The notes under the pieces are model-generated. The model did not search any database. It was not told the DNA's origin and saw only the letters and a program-made list of their open reading frames with translations. The position numbers and the translations under genes were made by a program. 37,199 nt of DNA from a virus, in UHGV virus genome UHGV-0267296; one strand, 5' to 3'. Below, piece by piece: positions 19,078 through 28,687 of the stretch (position 1 is its first letter; each line of letters begins with the position of its first letter).

Positions 19078-19624
19078 CGAAATTTTAATCGGAGCGTGTG
19101 ATGTGTATATGTATGAATTTACCGGAACAGAGATCCCGGAACACGCGACCATTGAAACAGAAGAACATGATGTCGGGCATTGCTCTTCTGGGTTTACCGT
19201 AAATTATAAGCCGACAAAATACGATGTGAAAAATCAGTATGGACAGATTGTAAAGTCTGCGATCACAGAAGAGGCGATCTCGGCAAAGACGGGAGTTTTA
19301 TCGTGGAATCTTGCGAATATGTCTCTCTTATCCACCGGAGTCTACACGGAAGATAAGGCAGGAAAGAAAAAAGATCTGATTTTTACCGGGGATGGAAAGG
19401 CATTAAAAACAGTTTTGCTTAGGGCAGTACACACAAAGGAGAACGGGAAAAAGATTCGTTTTACGATGATCGGCCAGGGCGGATCGGGATTTGCAATCGC
19501 GTGGGAGAACAAAGAAGTAACGATCGATGCAGAATTAACGGCGATCAAGAAAGTAAAAGGTTTCCTTGCAAGTTTTGAAGAAGAACTTACGGACGAAGAA
19601 GCGGCGGCGATTGTCGCGGCATAG
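19064..19624 (+). CDS. major tail protein
   Basis: ATG 19064 (MKNNDEILIGACDVYMYEFTG..) overlapping previous stop; 186 aa; immediately upstream of G/GT chaperone genes. Confidence 0.6.
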   Translation: MKNNDEILIGACDVYMYEFTGTEIPEHATIETEEHDVGHCSSGFTVNYKPTKYDVKNQYGQIVKSAITEEAISAKTGVLSWNLANMSLLSTGVYTEDKAGKKKDLIFTGDGKALKTVLLRAVHTKENGKKIRFTMIGQGGSGFAIAWENKEVTIDAELTAIKKVKGFLASFEEELTDEEAAAIVAA

Positions 19625-19638
19625 GAGGGCGCAGTACG

Positions 19639-20025
19639 GTGTTAGATTTAGATCAATACATGAACAATTCCGTGAAAATAAAGCTGTTTGGGAAAGAATA
19701 TGATGTATTCGAGCCGACAGTCGGAATGATTTTAGAAATGGATCAGTTAGAGGCGGATCTGTCCGAAGACAATGTGTATGAAAAACGGATCGATGCATGC
19801 TTGCTCCTGATAAATCATAACAGGCAGGGCAGGGAGTTTACGGCGGATGAGATAAAAAAACTTCCGTTAGAAGCAGTTATCCGTTTGATTGCGGAAGTAT
19901 CAGCGCTGCGGCTGAAAGCAGATACAGACCCAAACTCCGAATCCCAGTTCCGGAAGGAGAAATCGGAAAAGCAATCTGCGAAAAGTATTTCCCGACAGAG
20001 AACTGGGAAAGAGCATACAGCCTAA
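19639..20025 (+). CDS. tail assembly chaperone (gpG-like); -1 frameshift product GT would extend to 20261
   Basis: Acidic ~110-aa core. Slippery heptamer A_AAA_AAA at 19854-19860. The -1 frame stays open from 19851 through 20261, overlapping the tape measure start. Confidence 0.6.
   Translation: MLDLDQYMNNSVKIKLFGKEYDVFEPTVGMILEMDQLEADLSEDNVYEKRIDACLLLINHNRQGREFTADEIKKLPLEAVIRLIAEVSALRLKADTDPNSESQFRKEKSEKQSAKSISRQRTGKEHTA
19854..19860 (+). promoter_or_regulatory. putative programmed -1 ribosomal frameshift slippery site (A AAA AAA) for G/GT
   Basis: Zero frame reads gag-ata-aaa-aaa-ctt; -1 frame continues open for 137 codons to TAA at 20259-20261. Confidence 0.45.
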
Positions 20026-20245
20026 AAACAGGAATTATAAAAAGAATAAGCCAGTATACCGGATTGAACTTTCGTGAGGTCTTGGAACTGCCTTATTCTT
20101 TTTATTTGTTATTAAATCGGGAAAGCTGGATCGCAAGCTATCAATCGTCCGAAGCCGGAAGAGAAATACTAAAGAATTTGTGGAGGCTGCAGCAGACCGA
20201 GGCGGATGAAGTCGCAATCCATAAATTCGCAGAAGGGAGACGAAA

Positions 20246-23200
20246 ATGGCAGGAGGCATAAAATTAGCACCTCTTTTAACAGAGATCAAAGTTGATATCG
20301 AAAACTTTAAAAGCGATATGGAGAAAGCGGCTGCAATCGGAACAAGTGAAGCAAAGCGGATCAGTCAGGAGATGGAAACGACGGCGAAAGTCGGAGAAAA
20401 ATTTTCTAAAGCAGGTGATCTGCTGACGAAAGGCTTGACACTTCCGATCGTGGGCGTAGGCGCCGCAACGACAAAAATGGCGGTTGATTTTGAGAGCAGC
20501 TTTGCAAAAGTAAGTACACTTCTGGATTCAAATGTCGTAGATTTTGCGCAGTACAAAAATGAGCTTCTTAATGCAAGTAGTGAAACGAAGGTGGCGGTGG
20601 ATGAATTTTCAGAAGCCGTTTACTCTTCTATTTCTGCCGGGGTGGATCAAAAAGAAGCGATCCAGTTCACGACGGATGCGATGAAACTTGCAAAAGGCGG
20701 TTTTACAGACGGGGCGAAAGCAGTAGACGTCCTCACGACGGCAATTAACGCGTATGGATTGCAAGCGAGTGACGCCACGAGAGTATCCGATTTATTGATC
20801 ACAACGCAGAATTTGGGTAAAACAACGGTGGACGAACTGGCGTCAAGCATGGGAACAGTGATCCCGGTTGCAAATGCGTCGAATTTCAGCATTGAGGAAT
20901 TGAGTGCATCTTATGCACAGCTTACGAAAAACGGTGTGGCAACAGCGGAATCTGGAACGTATTTAAAAGCAATGTTGTCAGAGTTGTCAAAAAGCGGAAG
21001 TATTGCGGACATAACGCTACGGGAGCTGACCGGAAAAGGTTTTGCAGATCTGAAAAAAGAGGGGACGTCTACAACAGAGATTTTGAGTCTGTTAAATGCA
21101 GAGGCGCAAAAGAACGATAAGACTTTGAAAGATATGTTCGGCTCGGTGGAAGCAGGATCGGCGGCGTTGGTGCTGTATAAAAACAGCGGCGAAGAATACA
21201 ACGAAATGCTGCGGGGAATGGAGACAAGCGCAGGGGCGACACAAAAGGCGTTTGAAAAAATAGATGCGACTCCGGCAGAACAGTTAAAAGGCGCATTGAA
21301 TGAACTTCGGAACGAAGGAGTACGTTTTGGTGCAGCGTTTGTTCCGGTAATCGAGAAAGCGTCTGATATATTAGGGGATGTGGCAGAAGCATTTTCCGAA
21401 TTAACAGATGAGCAGAAAGAGAATGTGGTGCAGTGGGGAATCACTCTTGCGGCAGCAGGACCGGCGTTAAAACTAATCGGCGGTGGGATTCAAACCTATA
21501 CCAAGTTAAAGACAGGAATAGGAGCAGTCACAAAAGCGCTTAGTGCTTTCGGTAGCGCACAAGAGGCAGCAGGAATAGGAGGATCTGTACTTGCAAAAAG
21601 CTTTACAGGTGTTTTGGGAACATGTGCACCCCTTGCGGCAGGTTTAGCAGTGGTTGGCGCCGGAGTATATACACTCCACGAGCAAAGCGATGTATTGAAT
21701 TCCACAGTCCTTAAATCGCGAGAGGAAATGTCATGGCTGGAAGAAGCGCTGGCAGACCTGCAAGGAGTTACGAGGTACACGAAAGAAGAACTGGAAGAAA
21801 TGGGGTATGTTCATAAGGAATTCAGCGATGAGTTAAGCCCTGAATTTCAGGAAGCCGTGGAAGAATCTACGAAAAAGGTACAAGAATTCAGCGTGTACTT
21901 GCACGAGATCGGATTTGACGGAATCATGACACAGGAGGAAACCGATGGGTTTACGAAACGGGTCAATGACATGTGTAGCGAAGTGATCTCGACGATCGAA
22001 AGCAGAAAAGAGGAGGCACAAAGCGGACTGAAAGATCTGTTCATCGCAGATGATCAGGTGATTGATGAAAGCGAACAGAAAGTACTGGAACTGTTGTCGC
22101 AATCAAGTGATGCGCAGATCAGTGAAGTACAGACGTTACAAGATGAAATTCTTGCGATCCAGCAAAATGCAGCGAATGAAAAACGACAGTTGAATGAGCA
22201 GGAAATCGCAGACATCCAAAATTATAATGAACAGATACGTCAGATTGAACTGGAAGCCCTGGGAGGAACAGAGCAGGAGATTCTTTATGCAAAAAATGAG
22301 TTTGCTGCTCGAGTGCGAACGATGGATCTGGAAAGTGCATCGGAACTTTTACAAGAGAAAGCGAAGATCCGAGATGATGAGATCGTACAGATACAAGCAG
22401 CTTACGATACAGAAATTCAGTTGCTGCAAAGTAAACTTAGCACATGCAAGGAAGAAGATCGGGCGTATTATGAAGAACAGATCGCAAATTTAGAGCAGGA
22501 CAAGCAGAAAAAGATTACAGAACAGCGTGACCTTTACGATGAATACCTCAGCATTATCGAAGAATATAACCCGAAATTACTGGATGGAATCAGCGACTTG
22601 AATGGTCAGATCCTCACAGGAGAGGAGGAAAGGAATGCTGAATATCTGCAAAAGGTACAGGAAAGGTATGCGGGGTTAGAGCAAATTACAGAGTCAGGAT
22701 GTTATACCCTATATAACATGGAAAAAGGCACGAATGAAGATATCGTGGTCAATTATGATCAGGCAACAGGGAAGATCGTCGGTCTCTACCACGAAGCGTC
22801 TTCAACACTCGTCGGATATTCCAAGGAAATCCAAGGCGCGACGGTGGAAATGGCGCTGAACGGAAAAGGGTCTTTTGAGATGCTGGGAACATCCTTAGAT
22901 GGACTGAAAGAGAAGAACGGTGAACTCGTCAATGCGAATGGGGATGTTGTGAGCTCCTTGTCGGACATTAAAAAGTCTGCAGACGGCACGCGGGAAGGAA
23001 TTGCGATTTTAAACGGAACACCTTGTGAGGTAAAGGTTAATAAAGACGGAACAATCGCAGATTTACGGGCGATTGATGAGGAGGCGAACAACGCCACGAG
23101 AGCGAGGACACTGTCGATCACATTAGCAACGAACGCAATAACAAGTGGCATTAACGCTGCGATTTCAGCAGCGCAGGGATATTCTCACTATAACGGACTT

Positions 23201-23419
23201 GATAACGTACCTTACGACGGATATCAGGCAGTGTTGCACAAAGGAGAGCGTGTCCTGACAGCAGAGGAGAACAAGGCGTATAGTAACGATCCGGGGATTG
23301 ATTACAATAAGATGGAAAAGTGTATGAAATCTGCGGTCAGGGAACTTACTTTATCAGTGGGCAGCAGGGAACTCGGCAGAATTATGGATGAGCATTTGCG
23401 AGAAAGGGGGATTCTGTAA
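20246..23419 (+). CDS. tail tape measure protein
   Basis: 1057 aa, Ala/Gly-rich N-terminus, long coiled-coil middle, position after G/GT. Confidence 0.9.
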   Translation: MAGGIKLAPLLTEIKVDIENFKSDMEKAAAIGTSEAKRISQEMETTAKVGEKFSKAGDLLTKGLTLPIVGVGAATTKMAVDFESSFAKVSTLLDSNVVDFAQYKNELLNASSETKVAVDEFSEAVYSSISAGVDQKEAIQFTTDAMKLAKGGFTDGAKAVDVLTTAINAYGLQASDATRVSDLLITTQNLGKTTVDELASSMGTVIPVANASNFSIEELSASYAQLTKNGVATAESGTYLKAMLSELSKSGSIADITLRELTGKGFADLKKEGTSTTEILSLLNAEAQKNDKTLKDMFGSVEAGSAALVLYKNSGEEYNEMLRGMETSAGATQKAFEKIDATPAEQLKGALNELRNEGVRFGAAFVPVIEKASDILGDVAEAFSELTDEQKENVVQWGITLAAAGPALKLIGGGIQTYTKLKTGIGAVTKALSAFGSAQEAAGIGGSVLAKSFTGVLGTCAPLAAGLAVVGAGVYTLHEQSDVLNSTVLKSREEMSWLEEALADLQGVTRYTKEELEEMGYVHKEFSDELSPEFQEAVEESTKKVQEFSVYLHEIGFDGIMTQEETDGFTKRVNDMCSEVISTIESRKEEAQSGLKDLFIADDQVIDESEQKVLELLSQSSDAQISEVQTLQDEILAIQQNAANEKRQLNEQEIADIQNYNEQIRQIELEALGGTEQEILYAKNEFAARVRTMDLESASELLQEKAKIRDDEIVQIQAAYDTEIQLLQSKLSTCKEEDRAYYEEQIANLEQDKQKKITEQRDLYDEYLSIIEEYNPKLLDGISDLNGQILTGEEERNAEYLQKVQERYAGLEQITESGCYTLYNMEKGTNEDIVVNYDQATGKIVGLYHEASSTLVGYSKEIQGATVEMALNGKGSFEMLGTSLDGLKEKNGELVNANGDVVSSLSDIKKSADGTREGIAILNGTPCEVKVNKDGTIADLRAIDEEANNATRARTLSITLATNAITSGINAAISAAQGYSHYNGLDNVPYDGYQAVLHKGERVLTAEENKAYSNDPGIDYNKMEKCMKSAVRELTLSVGSRELGRIMDEHLRERGIL

Positions 23420-24256
23420 ATGGATGTGTATTACATTAATCATTTAAACGAAAAGATTCTCCTCGACTCTGAAAATGTGATTCTGAAGTATCAAGAGTTA
23501 TTCAACTATTCATGGGATGCAGATACAGATAATGGGAAAATAACGTCATTTACAAGAGAAATGGCCACATATCCCATTACGGTTACTGTAACCGCGGATT
23601 CAGATGAGGAATTTGCGGACATCCTGAATAATTTCCACAGCATCGTTGTAAAAGACATCATAAACCACAAACCGGGGCGGCTGTATATTGGAGATCAGTA
23701 TTTGTCCTGCTATATATCCGGCGATATAAAAACGGATGCGTTTATGGGTGTTCCGATACAGGTTAAAAATCTTACCGTTGTGACGGATCATCCGTTTTGG
23801 ATTCACGAGGTATCAAGATCTTTCCAGCAGATTATATCGGGGGATGATCCAGAGGGGCATTTAGATTATGAGTATGATTTTAACTATGATTACACAATGC
23901 CATATGGCAGTGATTTGATTTGGACAGTAGATCATTTTGCCCCCTGCGAATTTCTTCTGACGGTTTTCGGGCCTGTGACAGATCCGATGATCTTAATTAA
24001 TGGACATCCGTATCAAGTTTATACATCTCTGGACGAGAATGATTACATGCAGATCAATAGCCGGAATAATACGATTGTTAAATATAGGTCGGATGGAGTC
24101 CGACAGGATATTTATGATTCCCGAGCAAAGCAACAGTCAGTATTCGATCTGATTGCGCCGGGAAATATCCGTGTTGTTTGGCCAGGAAGTTTCGGCTTCG
24201 ATCTTAAATTATACTGCGAAAGGAGCGAGCCGAAATGCAAGACGAAAGGCAGTTGA
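23420..24256 (+). CDS. distal tail protein (Dit-like)
   Basis: 278 aa immediately after TMP. Confidence 0.6.
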   Translation: MDVYYINHLNEKILLDSENVILKYQELFNYSWDADTDNGKITSFTREMATYPITVTVTADSDEEFADILNNFHSIVVKDIINHKPGRLYIGDQYLSCYISGDIKTDAFMGVPIQVKNLTVVTDHPFWIHEVSRSFQQIISGDDPEGHLDYEYDFNYDYTMPYGSDLIWTVDHFAPCEFLLTVFGPVTDPMILINGHPYQVYTSLDENDYMQINSRNNTIVKYRSDGVRQDIYDSRAKQQSVFDLIAPGNIRVVWPGSFGFDLKLYCERSEPKCKTKGS

Positions 24257-25239
24257 TCCTTGCGGATCAGAATTTCCGGGATATCCGTCCAGTGATGGGA
24301 GCGGAAATTGATATGGCGATTGGATCGGATGAAAACGACTATGAAATCAAGATTCGGCGCGATCAGTGGGATGACCGATATAAGTATGGGAATGTGTTTT
24401 ACATCAATGATACAGAGTTTGGCGGTATTATCGGGAGGAAGAAGATAAACACGACAGACAGCACAATATCTTTATTTGGCAGGACGTGGAGAGGAATGTT
24501 GGAAAAGAAAATCATTCGTCCACCCGGCGGGCAGGATTATAAGAAAGTATCCGGTGAACTGAATACAGTGTTAGATGGTCTGATCACAGACTGTTTCGGT
24601 GATTATTTTGTTGTATCTCGAAGCGATACGGGAATATTTGTAACTGATTATCAATTTGATAGGTACTGTACTTTACTGGCAGGTCTTACAAAGATGTTAA
24701 AAAGTGTCGGGCATCGGTTACAGATACGGTATGTACAGCAGGAGAGAGGGCAACCCGGATACGTGGAATTGTCGGCAGTACCGATTGAGGACTACTCGGA
24801 AAAAATTGAACTGTCACAGGACAGCCGGCTGAACTTTACATTTGATGAAAATAAAAACGGGATCAATCATTTGATTTGTCTTGGAAAAGGTGAATTGCAG
24901 GATCGGCAGGTGATTGATCTGTATGTCCAGGAGGACGGCAGTATTGGCAGAGATTTGTTTTATACAGGAATCAGGGAAGTTTGTGGAGTATATGAAAATA
25001 CGTCAGCAGAGCGTGATGAGCTGGAAGAAAAAGGAAGAGAAAAGCTGGCGAAGCTTATGAACAGAACTATTTTTGAAATGAATGTTGAGCAGTTAAAAAT
25101 GAATGTTGAGATTGGGGATATTATCGGCGGGCGTGATTACGACACTGGGATGTATGCGGCAAAGCCGATTGCAAAAAAGATTTACCGGGTAGCGGGAGGA
25201 AAGACCTCTCTTGAATATAAAGTAGAAGGAGATGATTAA
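24235..25239 (+). CDS. tail-associated protein (Tal/prophage tail endopeptidase N-domain-like)
   Basis: 334 aa following Dit; order conserved in siphoviruses. Confidence 0.45.
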   Translation: MQDERQLILADQNFRDIRPVMGAEIDMAIGSDENDYEIKIRRDQWDDRYKYGNVFYINDTEFGGIIGRKKINTTDSTISLFGRTWRGMLEKKIIRPPGGQDYKKVSGELNTVLDGLITDCFGDYFVVSRSDTGIFVTDYQFDRYCTLLAGLTKMLKSVGHRLQIRYVQQERGQPGYVELSAVPIEDYSEKIELSQDSRLNFTFDENKNGINHLICLGKGELQDRQVIDLYVQEDGSIGRDLFYTGIREVCGVYENTSAERDELEEKGREKLAKLMNRTIFEMNVEQLKMNVEIGDIIGGRDYDTGMYAAKPIAKKIYRVAGGKTSLEYKVEGDD

Positions 25240-25241
25240 TT

Positions 25242-26114
25242 ATGGAATTAGTAACAGGAAGATCGGGGAAGCCGCACATCACATCACAGCAGGTTCGGCA
25301 GCTTCAACAGGGTATTTTTGGGGCGAATGCCTGTATCCTTAATACGGGAAGTATGCTGACACCGGAAGTGCAGAGCTCAAATAAAATCCGTATCAAAGAT
25401 GGCGCGCTGATGTTTCAGGGTGCTCTCTTTACTGTTAAAGTTGGGGGTTACGATGAGGTAACTATCAACAATGGTAATCAAGGAATGAAGAGAAAAGATG
25501 TGATTGCAGTCAAATATACATATGACTCGTCACGAAACATTGAGTCAGGAGAATGGGCGGTTGTGCAGGGTACGCCAGCGGCAAGTAATCCGGCAGTGCC
25601 TAGTATGCCAGTAACGGATGGAGATATTCAGGCGGGTGATGCAGAAGTGTATTGTCCGGTATTTGTAATTAATTTGGATGGGATAAATGTTACGGGCGTC
25701 GATATCATACCTCCGATGATGGATGATATGTCTACGATAAATAAATATTTGTCGGAGTTGCAGTCGTATCACGATAAAAAGACGCTCACACCAACCGATC
25801 TGGGAATAAGAGCAGGAGTGTGGACAGCCATAGCAAACAACTCGTATAAAATCGGTAAAACGATACACCTAAATATGGAAATTTATACAACTGCCACAAT
25901 AGTCGCGAATAATGTGTACGACAATGTTTTTACGATACCGTCACAGTATCGCCCGTTAAATGATACTGTTGTAAATGTGACAGCGTCAGATGGGTCATAT
26001 AAAAATCCGGTGGCCTGCACATCTATGGCAAGGACAAACGGAAATTTGTTTGTCTGCATCCCAAAAGCTACAAATAATTATCTTTTTATCGATGCGGAGT
26101 GGGAAGTCGGATAG
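25242..26114 (+). CDS. putative receptor-binding tail protein; the C-terminal ~118 aa lie inside an invertible segment
   Basis: 290 aa. A 21-bp inverted repeat at 25739-25759 encodes INKYLSEL inside this ORF; the C-terminus downstream of it is beta-rich (G/S/T/N/Y). Confidence 0.55.
   Translation: MELVTGRSGKPHITSQQVRQLQQGIFGANACILNTGSMLTPEVQSSNKIRIKDGALMFQGALFTVKVGGYDEVTINNGNQGMKRKDVIAVKYTYDSSRNIESGEWAVVQGTPAASNPAVPSMPVTDGDIQAGDAEVYCPVFVINLDGINVTGVDIIPPMMDDMSTINKYLSELQSYHDKKTLTPTDLGIRAGVWTAIANNSYKIGKTIHLNMEIYTTATIVANNVYDNVFTIPSQYRPLNDTVVNVTASDGSYKNPVACTSMARTNGNLFVCIPKATNNYLFIDAEWEVG
25739..25759. repeat. IR-L of putative tail-fibre inversion switch (aaataaatatttgtcggagtt)
   Basis: Perfect reverse complement of 26485-26505; both copies are coding and encode N-K-Y-L-S-E-L in their respective ORFs. 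Confidence 0.8.
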
Positions 26115-26120
26115 ATCTAA

Positions 26121-26597
26121 TCACTTCCAGGTACCTCGAGCATAGTAAGATAAATCAAAACTTGCTACATTCCAGGTCACAGCAGAAAGCAGATGGTATG
26201 AAAAGCTTGATTTGTAGCCATTTGCAGATCCGTACACCTTGCCCCATATCGCGCCGCCAGCTCCTATTGTGAGCACGATATTACATTTTGTTTTTGATGC
26301 AACCGGGAAGTTTAATGTAAATTGTCCGCTTGTGTAAATGCTACCGGCTTTTGTTCCGATCGCGCATGTAAACGGCGAATTGAACCACATTTCGAGAGTC
26401 CCGTCGCTCCATTTGCGATATTTACCGTTGGAGTTGCTACCTTCTTCAACGATGTAGTTTTTTATTTTTGTAAAATCAGATGATAACTCCGACAAATATT
26501 TATTTTTCCAAAAGATTAAGATAAGAAAGGACTGATATTTATGAAGCTTATTTTTAATGATGCAACCGAGATTGTTGTTCAGCAGGTTGAATCCCAC
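26121..26597 (-). CDS. alternative C-terminal cassette (Sv-prime-like) for the receptor-binding protein, encoded on the opposite strand
   Basis: Minus-strand 158-aa open frame convergent with the 25242..26114 ORF (stops 6 bp apart). It contains KNKYLSEL encoded by IR-R. The 121 codons between IR-R and the stop parallel the 118 codons after IR-L on the + gene. Gly/Ser/Thr/Tyr/Trp-rich beta-type composition. The region 5' of IR-R is AT-rich and lacks a convincing RBS. Confidence 0.5.
   Translation of the reverse strand: MGFNLLNNNLGCIIKNKLHKYQSFLILIFWKNKYLSELSSDFTKIKNYIVEEGSNSNGKYRKWSDGTLEMWFNSPFTCAIGTKAGSIYTSGQFTLNFPVASKTKCNIVLTIGAGGAIWGKVYGSANGYKSSFSYHLLSAVTWNVASFDLSYYARGTWK
26485..26505. repeat. 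IR-R of putative tail-fibre inversion switch (aactccgacaaatatttattt)
   Basis: Reverse complement of 25739-25759; 21/21 identical, plus 2 of 3 flanking bases. Confidence 0.8.
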
Positions 26598-27239
26598 GGG
26601 GATTACCTGCGAATACTGACGGTTGGAAATACTCCGGAACAGTTAAAGGTGCTGTTTACTGACTCTAGTCGGACAGCCCGCATGATTGTACAGGAGCGAG
26701 GGCAGACCGTAGCTGCGTATGAGGGATATACAGCATTTTACAGGACGGAGATTTATACCGGGAAGATTTACGGCGTGGTGATGTACAAGCAGGAAACCCT
26801 TCCGGAAACGCAATCGCAGATGATTCAGGCCGCTATGCTGGTTGCACAGATGCAGGCACAGACATTTGATGATGAGCGGGCGCAGGCAGTCAAAATACTC
26901 TATCCGCAGTGGCAAGATGTAATAGGGCAGACTGTTGAGAAGAAAGGGTATAAGTTTGTGTATGAGGATGTGCTGTATAAGACAATTCAAGATAACTTAC
27001 TAATCCAAGAGCAGTATATTCCAGGCGATGGAACAGAGAGCATGTATGTTGTTATTGATGAGACTCATGCCGGCACGCAGGAGAATCCGATTCCGTATGC
27101 GGGCAATATGGAGTTGGAAAAGGGCAAATATTACATCCAGGATGGAGTAATCTATCTGTGTAATAGAGATACAGAAAACCCAGTGTATCATAATTTAAGA
27201 GATTTGATCGGGTTGTATGTAGAGAAGGTGGCAGAATAA
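26541..27239 (+). CDS. hypothetical tail-associated protein (possible fibre assembly/accessory)
   Basis: 232 aa; RBS aagaaaggactgatattt; starts just beyond IR-R. Confidence 0.5.
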   Translation: MKLIFNDATEIVVQQVESHGDYLRILTVGNTPEQLKVLFTDSSRTARMIVQERGQTVAAYEGYTAFYRTEIYTGKIYGVVMYKQETLPETQSQMIQAAMLVAQMQAQTFDDERAQAVKILYPQWQDVIGQTVEKKGYKFVYEDVLYKTIQDNLLIQEQYIPGDGTESMYVVIDETHAGTQENPIPYAGNMELEKGKYYIQDGVIYLCNRDTENPVYHNLRDLIGLYVEKVAE

Positions 27240-27255
27240 GAAAGGCGGGTAGTAT

Positions 27256-27405
27256 ATGGCAGAAATCAAGGAAGTAAAGACGGAAAAAATAACCGTAAAT
27301 ACTGGGGAACGTATCAAGATCAGTTTTGAGTTTTGGTATGAGCAGGATTGCCCTTACGACTATCCACAAGACTACCCGATAGCGAGCGAAAGAAAGTGAG
27401 GAACT
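27256..27405 (+). CDS. small hypothetical protein (49 aa)
   Basis: ATG with RBS agaaaggcgggtag; MAEIKEVKTEKITVNTGERIKISFEFWYEQDCPYDYPQDYPIASERK. Confidence 0.3.
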
Positions 27406-27411
27406 ACTAAT

Positions 27412-28320
27412 ATGAGTGAAATAACAAGAGCTTATGCCGTATATAAAGGACAACAGTATAATGCGTCATACGATTCTGGAACACAGTTATGGGATGTAGA
27501 TATCCCATCAGGATCAGAGTCGTCTTATGGGCAGGTGAATCATACATATCCGATTGAGCTACATGCCTTTGATGCAGCTAACAATGAGACAATCATGTAT
27601 GCCACCGATTCCAAGTATGGAGATCAGTTAAACATCCGTGTACTTGAAAAAACGAAACCGACTGCATCGATTATATCCCCGACACAAGGATCGGTTCTTG
27701 GATCGGCAACGCAGGATATAAAGATGGAGCTTCAAGATGCAGGTGGATCCGGTCTTAACATGACGTCTGTAATCTTCAAAGTTAATAGTGTTCAGGTTAC
27801 ACAGGGCGTGTCATGGACAGATCAGGGCGGCAAGAAAGTATGTACCTATCGTGCAGCCAACTTGTCCGATGGTTCTAATAGCGTTAGTCTGCAGGTAACG
27901 GATAATGATGGCAATATATCCGATGTCGCGACTGTGGCCTTTGTGATTAGTACTTCAGCGCCAACACTGAATGTAACGAGTCCAACCGAAGGGTTATTGA
28001 CGAACAGCAATAGGGTTACCGTAGCTGGTACTGCTGCGGCTGGATCTGATGCGGTAACGCTTACAAGCGTTAAGATTAACGGAGAAGTCGTGTCCTTTGG
28101 ATCAGGTGGGGCGTTTAGTAAGGAGATTACGCTTAGAGAAGGCGAGAATGAAATCACAGTAGTTGCAGAGGACAGCATCGGAAAGACTACATCTGTTACG
28201 AGACATGTCACAGTTGATACCAAAGCGCCGATTATATCTGACGTCGAAGCAGAAGCGACCACGGTAAACGCAAATGGTATGATTCGCTTATCCTTTAAGA
28301 TTGTAGATCCGGCAGATTGA
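27412..28320 (+). CDS. Ig-like (Big-type) domain structural protein
   Basis: 302 aa, Thr/Ser/Val-rich beta-strand repeats (TVAGTAAAGSDAVTLTSVKINGEVV.. ITVVAEDSIGKTTSVTRHVTVDTKAP) typical of bacterial Ig-like folds on tail/virion surface proteins. Confidence 0.5.
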   Translation: MSEITRAYAVYKGQQYNASYDSGTQLWDVDIPSGSESSYGQVNHTYPIELHAFDAANNETIMYATDSKYGDQLNIRVLEKTKPTASIISPTQGSVLGSATQDIKMELQDAGGSGLNMTSVIFKVNSVQVTQGVSWTDQGGKKVCTYRAANLSDGSNSVSLQVTDNDGNISDVATVAFVISTSAPTLNVTSPTEGLLTNSNRVTVAGTAAAGSDAVTLTSVKINGEVVSFGSGGAFSKEITLREGENEITVVAEDSIGKTTSVTRHVTVDTKAPIISDVEAEATTVNANGMIRLSFKIVDPAD

Positions 28321-28321
28321 T

Positions 28322-28687
28322 ATGATTATCAGAGTATGGGGCATTGTAAACTCTACAGAAGTGGAGTTTACGCCCATCCCGGACCGTCCCGGGTACTGGG
28401 AGGGATATGCCCCGCGACTGCCGGGACTGCAGGAAATAGAGGTGTGGGCAGAATCTGACAGCGGACTTAGAGGACATCTGTATTGCACTGTGACGCTTGA
28501 TTATCACGCGCATACAGAGGCGCGGTTACTGGGAGATCGGACGGAGGCAAGATTGATTGATATGGGCGGCAAGGTGCGCTTGTTACTGCTTCCGTGGGTG
28601 GCACAGCTGGTCACGTTCAGAGATGTAAATGTTCTGCAGGAAAATTATATTGCGAAACTGAAAGGTTGCAGAAAGGCGGTGGTATAA
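28322..28687 (+). CDS. hypothetical protein
   Basis: 121-aa ORF overlapping previous stop. Confidence 0.45.
   Translation: MIIRVWGIVNSTEVEFTPIPDRPGYWEGYAPRLPGLQEIEVWAESDSGLRGHLYCTVTLDYHAHTEARLLGDRTEARLIDMGGKVRLLLLPWVAQLVTFRDVNVLQENYIAKLKGCRKAVV

Noticed and set aside
20246-23419. Numerous minus-strand ORFs (60-180 aa) antisense to the tape measure, primase/helicase, portal and other large + genes
   Set aside because: They are nested within long, well-supported + strand genes, lack RBSs, and have low-complexity S/A/P/F-rich translations typical of antisense frames.
26121-26597. Minus-strand 158-aa ORF as an independent moron gene (e.g. superinfection exclusion) rather than an alternative fibre cassette
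   Set aside because: Not fully excluded. It is disfavoured because its only conserved DNA feature is the in-frame inverted repeat shared with the fibre gene, its 5' part lies in AT-rich DNA without an RBS, and its composition is that of a beta-rich binding domain.
25242-27239. Diversity-generating retroelement as an alternative explanation for the variable tail-protein C-terminus
   Set aside because: No reverse transcriptase gene and no template-repeat/variable-repeat pair with adenine-specific differences. The two cassettes are unrelated in DNA sequence apart from the inverted 21-mer.
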